The notes: generated by a model not told the origin, from the letters alone. A stretch of 32,000 nt of DNA from Demequinaceae bacterium (GCA_965250005.1 OZ252279.1:1260001-1292000), one strand, 5' to 3'. Shown: positions 18,618 through 26,640, numbered from the stretch's first letter. A program made the numbers and translations.

Positions 18618-18648
18618 GCCTCGCGGGCACCGAGGGCACCCGCGAGGC
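18618..18648. terminator. GC-rich hairpin between convergent genes (possible terminator)
   Basis: GCCTCGCGGG-caccgagggca-CCCGCGAGGC, a 10-bp perfect stem. There is no flanking U/A tract, so the terminator function is uncertain. Confidence 0.35.
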
Positions 18649-18705
18649 TGGAAACGAGAACAACTACTGCAGTAGTCCAAGGGAAGGGACGGAGAGAGAG
18701 GTGGA

Positions 18706-19476
18706 CTACCGCTGCAGCGTGCTCAAGAGTTCGACCGCGTCGTCATGGGCGCCCGGAAGGGGCTCGACCCACACTCGCGGAGGTTGACGCGTCAAGTTTC
18801 CGACGCGCATAGAACTAGCGCGTTCCGAGATGTGCTCGCGGAGCGCCGCGATCCCGGCGCCCAGTTCTTGGCCACGCTTGACGAGGACAGCGTAGAGTCC
18901 GTCGCTCAGGTGTGCGATCGGGTGTCCGTCACCGTACGCACCTCTAAGCGCCGCGCCGACAGCGGCGTTGCGCGCGATGCGCTGCCATACGTCTGAGTCC
19001 ACTACGGAGACATCGACGATCACGAGCGCGTGCGTGTCGCCAACGACCGCGCCCGTCTCTCCTGCCATTCCGTAAACTTCAACAAGGCGCTGAGACAGGT
19101 AGTCGACCGTGCCGAGCCCGGATTCCGGGTCACGCACGCCAGTCTGGTTCTGGGAATTGGCCGATCCCCGCGTCCAACCCTCGCACAACGCGCGAACGGC
19201 GCGGATGGGGGTGTCCTCGTAATTCGCGGTGCGGAACACAATCGCGAGGTCGTCAATTGCCTCGGTTATCCCCACTCCCGCGTTGGCGCGTGCTTCACCC
19301 AACCGCGCGGCTGCGGGGGCAGTGTCCAGGTTCGCCTCCACGGCTTCCACCAAGGCGTCGACAGCTGGCGTGTACCAGTCCATTGGCCGTAGCCATACGG
19401 ACTCGACGCTTGCCTCCCGCCACTCGGTGAGGAGCGTACTGCCAGCGGCTGGGCCAGTTACGTTTGCAGTGGTCAT
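18706..19476 (-). CDS. Hypothetical cytoplasmic protein with a degenerate GGDEF-like C-terminal half
   Basis: 256 aa, no TM segment. RDPESGLGTVDYLSQRL / HALVIVDV / IAHLSDGLYAVLV line up with GGDEF-domain blocks (D.LTGL.NRR.L / lallflDiD / .aRlGGDEFavLl), but the signature is SDGLY instead of GG(D/E)EF. Similarity judged by eye only. Confidence 0.45.
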   Translation of the reverse strand: MTTANVTGPAAGSTLLTEWREASVESVWLRPMDWYTPAVDALVEAVEANLDTAPAAARLGEARANAGVGITEAIDDLAIVFRTANYEDTPIRAVRALCEGWTRGSANSQNQTGVRDPESGLGTVDYLSQRLVEVYGMAGETGAVVGDTHALVIVDVSVVDSDVWQRIARNAAVGAALRGAYGDGHPIAHLSDGLYAVLVKRGQELGAGIAALREHISERASSMRVGNLTRQPPRVWVEPLPGAHDDAVELLSTLQR

Positions 19477-19662
19477 GCACTATGAGAGGCACCCGGTCCC
19501 GGGTTATGACGCGCATTGCGCAAGCAATCTAGGGGTCGCCAGAAGGGCAGTGCGATGTGACGAACTCCGCACCCTCCTGACTTGCATCGCAATCGCAACC
19601 AATGGACGATTGAATGTAAGAGGAGTGCGTGGCGCCGTGCCATGTACTGTGCGAGGAGAGCG

Positions 19663-22479
19663 ATGGGTCAGAGCGCTATCAGTCTCTGGACAGAACAGTC
19701 CAGTGACGCGGAGTTGATTGCCGGCGTACGCGCTGGCGAGTCGGCTGCGTTTGGCGTGCTCTACGAGCGTCACGGTCCCGCCGCCAAGCGGGTCGCGAGC
19801 ATGTATTCCGCAGTTGCCTCCGATGTCGACGACGTTGTTTCCGAGGCGTTCGCGCGCGTCCTCAAAGCTCTCCAGGAGGGCCGAGGCCCCGACCTCGCGT
19901 TCCGCGCGTACCTCTTCACCGTTGTACGCCGTACTGGTCTTGACCTCATCAAGAAGGGCAAGCGGGCACGGCCCGACGAGGACATGGAGTCTCACAGCGC
20001 GGCGATCGGCTACGAGCCGGCGAGCGACGAACCGACGCTGAATAACTTTGAGCAGGGAGTGGTCGCCGAAGCATTCAAATCACTGCCTGAGCGGTGGCAG
20101 ACCGTTCTCTGGTACACCGAGATCGAGAAGAAGTCACCGGCCGAGGTCGCGCCCCTGCTTGGGCTCTCGGCAAACGGTGTTGCCGCGCTCGCCTACCGCG
20201 CCAGGGAAGCTCTACGCCAGGCGTACTTGCAGCAGCACCTCGCGACAGCGGACGACGTGAATTGTGTTGAGGTGAGCGAGCACCTCGGGGGCTACGTGCG
20301 CGGCGGTCTAACGAAGCGCGAACACGCCAAAGTCGATGCCCACGTGGTAGAGTGCGGCCGCTGCGCTGCGCTCATCGCCGAACTCACAGATGTAAACCGT
20401 GGCTTGCGCGCCGTGATCGCGCCGCTCGCGCTTGGAATCCTCGGCATGGGTGCCCTGGAGTCCAGTCTGCCCATCGGCGGAATCGGCGCTGGATCCGTGG
20501 GTGCCGCAGGCTCGGTCGGCGCATCGGCGGGCACGGGCGTAGGAGCCGGAGCGACCGTCGGTGCCGGGACGGGTTTCGGCGGGGCAATGGCGGTCTTGTT
20601 CGGAACCGGCTCAGGCGTTCTCACGAGCATCGCCGCAACCATTGGCGTTGGCGCGCTCGTCGTCGCGACTGCGGGCGTGGTGGGCAACATTGACGCGATT
20701 GATTCCGCCGCAGATTCCGCTCAGCAGTCGCCTGTGGTGGTCGAAGCCGCGAGTGAAAGCGCTGTGACGGTTGTCCTCCGCGGCGAAAAACCGTTCGGTC
20801 CTCAGTCACTGACAGCAGGCCCGGCAGTTCCTGAGGGCGGCGTTTCCGTTCCAGGCAAAGTCCCAGAAGAACCCATCGAAATCATCACTATCGCCCCCGG
20901 GGCCGGCAGCACGGCCGACTCGGGCACGGGTGGAGACTCGGGCACGGGTGGAGACTCGGGCACGGGTGGAGACTCGGGCACGGGTGGAGACTCGGGCACG
21001 GGTGGAGACTCGGGCACGGGTGGAGACTCGGGCAGCGGCACAGGAACCGCAACCCTGGCGCTCGGAGCGGGCACGCTCAACTACATTGAGTTGGCTGCCA
21101 CCTCCCCCACGATCGCACTGAAGCTCACGAACTCGGGCGACGGTAGCTCAGACAGCCCCACCGTAGTCATCGCACTTCCGGCCGGCCTGACATTCGCTAG
21201 CCCGAGTGGCGGCGGCGGAAGCATCGGTCTGCACTCCGCTGAACGGCTCGGCGCGTTTGTCGGATTCGCTACTGGAGCGACGTTCGCCGTTGACGCCTGG
21301 TTTTGTGCGGTAAACGACGACGCAACCACGGCAACGTGCACCACCGACTCGATTGATGCATCGAGCGAGGTTGTTCTCACCCTCGACGTTGACGTTGTCG
21401 GGGCCCTCGCAGACGACGCGGTCACTACCTTCGACGTCGCTGACAGCAGCGGACTCGAAGAGTCGCTCACGGTCGCCACTGGAGTCGCGGCAGCAGATCG
21501 CAACGTCAACCTTGGGTACTACTACGAAGGCGCCTACGGTTACGTCATCTCTGGCACCACGCTTGTCGCGTGCGACTTGGACGACCGCGACTGTGAGAAG
21601 GCGATGGACTTCAACGGCAACGCAGTGAAGGCCGAGCACAGCAACGACGCCTGGACGGTCGAGGCGCTCAATGAAGACGGCGGAGCAACCATATCGAAGT
21701 CCACGATCGTCACAGTGCCGGCAGGTGCGGGCGTCGAGCGTGCCACGGTCGAGTGGTCTGTAAGTTCGCCAGCAGGCATCGGCTTCATCGGAGACCCGGG
21801 CTCAGCCAATATCCGCCCCGCAGGAGCGAGCGAGTTCACATCCATCACCGGAGCCACTGTCTCTACAGTGACCAACGCATCCGGCAGCTACTACATTGCG
21901 CGCGCCGACATCACCTCCTTAGTTGATGAGTACGGTAGCGGCGCATGGACGCTCGCAGATGTGGCATTGCCGCCCAACTTTGATGACGCCCACGCTGAGT
22001 TTGGAAGTTTCGCAGGCTTCGCGATCACCGTGATTTTCGAGAACGAGGACCTACCTCAGACGAAGATCGCGGTGTACACCGGCGACCACCTAGTAGCCGA
22101 CGGCACTCCGTTGGACATTCGCCTCGCGACTGAAACTGGCGGAACTGTCGAAGTGGCGACCATCACGTGGGACGGTGACCGCGGCGAGGATGGCGACACC
22201 GTCTCGCTCGACGGCGAGGACCTGAAGTCCATCCACTGGAACGGCTCGAACACGTCAACGGGAGACGACAGCAACGCTGGCGATTCGACCGCATTCGGCT
22301 CGGACTTTGCGAATAACCTCGGTACCGACGCGAAGTCCTTCAAGGTCGAGAACGTCGAAGAGGGAACACACCGGATAACTGCAGCGACGACTGGCGACCA
22401 GTTCATCGTCGGTCAAATACTGGTGGCCGTCATCGAGGACGAAGAAGACGATGATGATGGCGACGGTGACGACGACTAG
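19663..22479 (+). CDS. Single-polypeptide ECF sigma factor fused to a ZAS-type anti-sigma domain, a membrane region and a large extracytoplasmic domain
   Basis: Sigma-70 region 2 (SDVDDVVSEAFARVLKAL....FRAYLFTVVRRTGLDLIKK). Region 4 (LPERWQTVLWYTEIEKKSPAEVAPLLGLSANGVAALAYRAREALRQAYL). zf-HC2 motif C-x26-HVVECGRC (20263-20364). Gly/Ala-rich hydrophobic stretch (~20400-20690). GDSGTG repeats, a DUF11-like block (IALKLTNSG..VVIALPAGLTFAS..WFCAV....ATCTT), a beta-rich C-terminal domain with the paired Cys C-x6-C, and the acidic tail EDEEDDDDGDGDDD. ATG 19663 with SD GAGGAGAG is preferred over 19582. Confidence 0.8.
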   Translation: MGQSAISLWTEQSSDAELIAGVRAGESAAFGVLYERHGPAAKRVASMYSAVASDVDDVVSEAFARVLKALQEGRGPDLAFRAYLFTVVRRTGLDLIKKGKRARPDEDMESHSAAIGYEPASDEPTLNNFEQGVVAEAFKSLPERWQTVLWYTEIEKKSPAEVAPLLGLSANGVAALAYRAREALRQAYLQQHLATADDVNCVEVSEHLGGYVRGGLTKREHAKVDAHVVECGRCAALIAELTDVNRGLRAVIAPLALGILGMGALESSLPIGGIGAGSVGAAGSVGASAGTGVGAGATVGAGTGFGGAMAVLFGTGSGVLTSIAATIGVGALVVATAGVVGNIDAIDSAADSAQQSPVVVEAASESAVTVVLRGEKPFGPQSLTAGPAVPEGGVSVPGKVPEEPIEIITIAPGAGSTADSGTGGDSGTGGDSGTGGDSGTGGDSGTGGDSGTGGDSGSGTGTATLALGAGTLNYIELAATSPTIALKLTNSGDGSSDSPTVVIALPAGLTFASPSGGGGSIGLHSAERLGAFVGFATGATFAVDAWFCAVNDDATTATCTTDSIDASSEVVLTLDVDVVGALADDAVTTFDVADSSGLEESLTVATGVAAADRNVNLGYYYEGAYGYVISGTTLVACDLDDRDCEKAMDFNGNAVKAEHSNDAWTVEALNEDGGATISKSTIVTVPAGAGVERATVEWSVSSPAGIGFIGDPGSANIRPAGASEFTSITGATVSTVTNASGSYYIARADITSLVDEYGSGAWTLADVALPPNFDDAHAEFGSFAGFAITVIFENEDLPQTKIAVYTGDHLVADGTPLDIRLATETGGTVEVATITWDGDRGEDGDTVSLDGEDLKSIHWNGSNTSTGDDSNAGDSTAFGSDFANNLGTDAKSFKVENVEEGTHRITAATTGDQFIVGQILVAVIEDEEDDDDGDGDDD
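20917..21036 (+). repeat. Perfect in-frame 18-bp tandem repeat (6 identical units plus a degenerate 7th) encoding (GDSGTG)n
   Basis: GACTCGGGCACGGGTGGA is repeated head-to-tail at 20917, 20935, 20953, 20971, 20989 and 21007 with zero mismatches. A seventh unit starting at 21025 diverges after 10 nt. Confidence 0.97.
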
Positions 22480-22495
22480 CCTGCCTCTCTCTTCC

Positions 22496-22536
22496 AGTGA
22501 GTAGGGCCCCCGGCTATGCCGGGGGCCCTACTCACT
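22496..22536. terminator. Bidirectional intrinsic terminator hairpin between the convergent sigma-fusion gene and nrdB
   Basis: AGTGAGTAGGGCCCCCGGC-tat-GCCGGGGGCCCTACTCACT, a 19-bp perfect stem. It lies 17 nt after the + strand stop and 11 nt after the nrdB stop. Confidence 0.8.
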
Positions 22537-22546
22537 GCTGTTCGAC

Positions 22547-23539
22547 CTACGGTTGTTGTTTGGTGGCCTGTGCGTTGACTTCGTACGACGTGTTGGTCGC
22601 CTCGAAGAAGTTCACGAGTTGCAGGGTGTCGTTGGCTGCGGCCATCCACTTAGCGGGGTTCGAGACGTTGTAGTGAGCCTCGAAGCCAAGCTCCTCTAGG
22701 CGCCGGTCCGCAAGATACTTTACGTACTGGTTGACGTAGTCAGCGTTGAGGCCAAGGATCCCATTCGGGAGCAGGTCACGGTTGTACTGCTCCTCCATCT
22801 CGACCGCGCCGATGATCATGTTGCGGATCTCGTCGGCGAATTCGGGGTCCTGCAGGTCCTCGTTCTCTTCGAGAACGGTCAGGATCAAGTTTATTCCAAA
22901 CTGCAAGTGCAGCGACTCGTCGCGGATGACCCAGTCCATGAGCGATCCAAAGTTGCGGAGCAGGTTTCGCTGGCGGAATGACAGCGCGACCATGAAGCCC
23001 GAGTAGAACCAGATGCCCTCGAGGATCACATTGTAGGCCACAAGGTTACGGACAAAGTCCTTCTTGCCCTCGGTGGTGGTGATGTCGAGGGTGTCCTCGG
23101 CCATGCGCTTGATGTACTTGACCTCGAACTCTTCCTTGATCGCCATGGACGGTACGTCCACGTGCGAGTTGTACGCAGCCTCCCGGTCCAGCGGGAATGT
23201 CTCGAGTACGTACTCGAACGACATGCAGTGATTTGCCTCTTCCCACATTTGCTTCGCGAGATAGAGGTGGCACTCGGGCGCGTTGATGTACGGGTAGATG
23301 CCGAACGCGAGCGCCTTGTTGACGAGCAGCTCGTTCGGGTTGAAGTACGACATCAAGAACGTGATGGCGTGCTTTTCGTCATCCGTCATCTTCTTGAAGT
23401 CCGCGAGGTCCTCGCCCAATTGGATCTCGTTGGGGAACCACGTGTTCGCGACCGCCTGGTCGTACAGGTCCATCGCCCACGGATACTTAATTGGCTTAAG
23501 GAGCAGTCCGTCTTGAATACCGGTGCCGAGAATTCCCAT
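22547..23539 (-). CDS. nrdB: Class I ribonucleotide reductase small (beta/R2) subunit with a class Ic-type ligand/radical-site signature
   Basis: Ferritin-like di-metal motifs: E70, E101-x-x-H104, E174, E208-x-x-H211 (NELLV / WEEANH / ILEGIWF / RDESLH). Phe108 (HCMSF) sits at the H+4 position where class Ia/Ib enzymes have the radical Tyr. SD AGGAGA precedes the ATG. Confidence 0.9.
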   Translation of the reverse strand: MGILGTGIQDGLLLKPIKYPWAMDLYDQAVANTWFPNEIQLGEDLADFKKMTDDEKHAITFLMSYFNPNELLVNKALAFGIYPYINAPECHLYLAKQMWEEANHCMSFEYVLETFPLDREAAYNSHVDVPSMAIKEEFEVKYIKRMAEDTLDITTTEGKKDFVRNLVAYNVILEGIWFYSGFMVALSFRQRNLLRNFGSLMDWVIRDESLHLQFGINLILTVLEENEDLQDPEFADEIRNMIIGAVEMEEQYNRDLLPNGILGLNADYVNQYVKYLADRRLEELGFEAHYNVSNPAKWMAAANDTLQLVNFFEATNTSYEVNAQATKQQP

Positions 23540-23565
23540 GTTCTTCTCCTGGTTCTAAATGCCTG

Positions 23566-26500
23566 CTACTGGCAGGACTCGCACTGCAAGCGTTCCATGG
23601 GATCGACCGGGCACGCTACCCCGTCGATCAACTCGGTATCACCATCAAGCGACGCCACCGGGTCCAGTTCCAAAACTGGTAGCTGAACGGCACCCGACGG
23701 CGCCTCAACGACCGCTGGAACTACCTGTGCTGAAAATCCCACGGCACTCGGTTTGGATGGAGCCACGTTCTCGCGCACCTCAGGCGCAGTTGCCGGCTCC
23801 GGAAGTGACGTGGGAGGCACGGCAGGCTGCGCGGTCGGGGGCTTCGCGAACGCCTTGTTCGCAACCATGGAGAGGATCGACGCCGGTGCCGTCGAAATCG
23901 ACGACTTCCGCGGAGCCGAGTCATGTTCGGTCCCATTCACCTGGTCTGGCGCGACAGTTCGGATTTCCGCTGTCACCGTTTCCGTCAGATTCACATCAAC
24001 CGCGTCAACGACCTCGGTCCCCGTCACCGGTATGGTCCCCGTCGTGAGGGTGGCCTCCTGAGCGGCGACGGCTGGCGCCGCTGGCGCAACAGCCGCCGCG
24101 ACTGCGCCAGTATCTTTAGCGCTTGGTCCTGAGCCCGCCTTAGCGGCTCCAAAGCCTCCGAAGCCCTTGCGTGCTGGCCCAGGCGACTTAGTGGCCGTAG
24201 ACGGCGCCGTACCGGCATTGCCGGTGCTGTTGAGCTTTTCGGTCTTGTTGACACGAACCGTGGACTGTTCGGCAGTGTGGCGTGGCTTCATGTGGAGGTA
24301 GTACGTGGTCTTGACGCCACGCTCCCAGGCCGCCGAGTAGAGCGCCATCATTTCTTCAACGTCGCGTGACTCTAGGTAGATGTTGCGGCTGATCGCCTGG
24401 TCAATCCACTTCTGGGCGCGAGCTGCGACCTCAATGAACGCGTAGGGGGAGAGCTGGAACGAGGTCTTGTAGACCTCCTGCAGGTGCTCGGGAACTTCCG
24501 AGATCTGGCTCAGGTCGCCCTGAACCTCGAGGAGCCGATCCTTCACGTCCTCCCACATTCCCACCTTCTGGAGGTCCTTCACCAGGTTGCGGTTGACCTC
24601 GAGGAATTTGCCCGACGAGGTGGCGCGGCTGAATATCTGCGAGAACTGCGGATCGAACCCAGGCGTGGTGCCTGCGACAAGGCCGATCGATGCGGTGGGC
24701 GCGACGGCCATGAGGGTCGCGTTGCGGATGCCGCCCTTGACCTTTTCGCGCAGTGTGTCCCAGTCGAGGCGCATGACGCGGTCGACGGCGATGGGGACGC
24801 CGCGGTCGGCTTCTGTAGTCGCAATAGTGTCGAAGGGCACGAGTCCCTTTGACCAGCCGGAGCCTTCAAAGTTGCTGTACGAACCGCGCTCGCGCGCAAG
24901 ATCCGCGGAGGCGTCAATCGCGTGGAACGAGACAAACTCCATGATTTGGTCGATCAGCGAATAAGACTCTTCAGACTCGTACGCCATTCCCATGCGCTCG
25001 GTAACGTCTGTGAAGCCCATGACGCCAAGCCCGACCGCGCGGTTGGAACGGTTCGCGAACTCGGATTCCGCTACGGACGACAACGTGATGTCTACCAAGT
25101 TGTCGAGCTGGCGAACTGCCAGCCGCACGGACTTCTCCATGCGATCCCATTCGAGTTTGCCGTCCACAAAGTGCTCGGACAGGTTGACCGATGCCAGGTT
25201 GCACACCGCGATGTTCTCTCGGTCTTGCGGGAGACAGATCTCAGTGCAGAGGTTCGAGAGGTGAATGGTGCCGGTGTTGGTGTTGAGGGCACGGTTGTTG
25301 ATGGTGTCCTTCCACGTCAGCCACGGGTGCGACGTGGTCTGCAACATGACAAGGATCGACTTGTATTGCTCGCGCGCCTTCATCTTGGTGAAACTGCGTA
25401 CCTTGCCTGCCTCAGCGAGGTTGATGAGCTCTTGGTAACGCTCGGAAAACGCTGAACCGGTGAGCTCAACAAGGTCGGGCGCTTCGGCTGGGTCGAACAA
25501 GTACCAGTCCTGGTCTGCTGCGACGCGCTTCATGAACTCATCCGAGATCCAGACCGCAGTGTTGGCCGTGCGGGTGCGCCGGTACGGGTCACCGGAGTTC
25601 TGGCGCAGGTCAAGGAACTGCGCGAAATCCATGTGCCAGTTCTCCATGTAGAAGCACAGGGCGCCAAACTTCTTGCCGCCGCGGCTCACCGCACGCAGCG
25701 TGGAGTCGATGGTGTGCATGAACGGGATGGGACCGGTCGACGTGGTGTTGTTTGACTTGATGGGCGAGCCTTCGGACCGCAGCTTGGTGACGGACAGGCC
25801 GATTCCGCCGGTGCCCTTGGTGAGCCACATGACGTCCCGCACAGACTTCGCGATGTGCTCGATGTCGTCTTCCATCTGCATGACGAAGCAGTTTGAAAGC
25901 TGAGGGTAGGACGTACCTGCGTTCACGAGCGTCGAGCCCGCGGGAAGGTAGTCGAGCCGCGAGATCTTCTCGTAGAACTCGATGGCCATCTCAGTGGGGT
26001 TCGCCTCGTTCAGAGAGAGTCCCATGGACACGCGCATCCAGAAGTACTGCGGTACCTCAAGTGCCTTGCCGTTGCGGTCAGTGATCATATAGCGGTTGCG
26101 CATGGTCACAGAGCCGATGTATTTCAGCAGGTCATCACGGGTGTGGTCGACCGCCGCCGCGAGGGCGTCGAGGTCGAACAGTGTCCCGAGCCGCGCGTCG
26201 AGGAGGCCTTCTTCCACAGCGTCGCGGATGTAGCCTGGGAACCGCGCCTGGTGAAGCAGTGCGAGTTCGAGGTCGGACTCGTAGCCGCCGAGCACGCGCT
26301 TGTTGATCACTTTGCGCAGCAGGCGCGACGCGATGATGTCGAAGTCTGGGTCGTCCTTGACGTTTTGGACGGCGACGCCAATGGCGGCCTCGTCGAGCTG
26401 TTCGGTGGTGATTCCGTCGAACAACGTAATGCCGAGCTCGGTCGCCACCTGGGTGACCTTGGAGATCTGATCGTCCAGGCCCTCAGCCGCGCGCTCGATC

Positions 26501-26640
26501 GCCTTATTAATGCGGTCGGCGTTATAAGGTTCACGCGTGCCATCGCGCTTGGTGACGTGGATGCCTGTGTAGGTAGCCTCGACCGGTGCTCCGGCGTCGC
26601 CGTTGACCCTGGCCTGCGTTGTCGGATCAGTAATAGTCAC
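23566..26640 (-). CDS. nrdA: Class I ribonucleotide reductase large (alpha/R1) subunit with a long low-complexity C-terminal linker
   Basis: N-terminal VTKRDGTREPYNADRINKAIERA. Catalytic core motifs (SNCFV, NLCTEI, GLGVMG, TTYY). C-terminal redox tail ACPVDPMERLQCESCQ. GTG 26640 with SD GAGAGGGAAG is preferred over the upstream in-frame start at 26715. Confidence 0.92.
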   Translation of the reverse strand: MTITDPTTQARVNGDAGAPVEATYTGIHVTKRDGTREPYNADRINKAIERAAEGLDDQISKVTQVATELGITLFDGITTEQLDEAAIGVAVQNVKDDPDFDIIASRLLRKVINKRVLGGYESDLELALLHQARFPGYIRDAVEEGLLDARLGTLFDLDALAAAVDHTRDDLLKYIGSVTMRNRYMITDRNGKALEVPQYFWMRVSMGLSLNEANPTEMAIEFYEKISRLDYLPAGSTLVNAGTSYPQLSNCFVMQMEDDIEHIAKSVRDVMWLTKGTGGIGLSVTKLRSEGSPIKSNNTTSTGPIPFMHTIDSTLRAVSRGGKKFGALCFYMENWHMDFAQFLDLRQNSGDPYRRTRTANTAVWISDEFMKRVAADQDWYLFDPAEAPDLVELTGSAFSERYQELINLAEAGKVRSFTKMKAREQYKSILVMLQTTSHPWLTWKDTINNRALNTNTGTIHLSNLCTEICLPQDRENIAVCNLASVNLSEHFVDGKLEWDRMEKSVRLAVRQLDNLVDITLSSVAESEFANRSNRAVGLGVMGFTDVTERMGMAYESEESYSLIDQIMEFVSFHAIDASADLARERGSYSNFEGSGWSKGLVPFDTIATTEADRGVPIAVDRVMRLDWDTLREKVKGGIRNATLMAVAPTASIGLVAGTTPGFDPQFSQIFSRATSSGKFLEVNRNLVKDLQKVGMWEDVKDRLLEVQGDLSQISEVPEHLQEVYKTSFQLSPYAFIEVAARAQKWIDQAISRNIYLESRDVEEMMALYSAAWERGVKTTYYLHMKPRHTAEQSTVRVNKTEKLNSTGNAGTAPSTATKSPGPARKGFGGFGAAKAGSGPSAKDTGAVAAAVAPAAPAVAAQEATLTTGTIPVTGTEVVDAVDVNLTETVTAEIRTVAPDQVNGTEHDSAPRKSSISTAPASILSMVANKAFAKPPTAQPAVPPTSLPEPATAPEVRENVAPSKPSAVGFSAQVVPAVVEAPSGAVQLPVLELDPVASLDGDTELIDGVACPVDPMERLQCESCQ

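Noticed and set aside
20917-21036. Possible CRISPR-like or intergenic repeat array
   Set aside because: The units are contiguous with no spacers, only 18 bp long and non-palindromic. They lie in frame inside a long ORF and encode GDSGTG, so this is a coding tandem repeat and not a CRISPR array.
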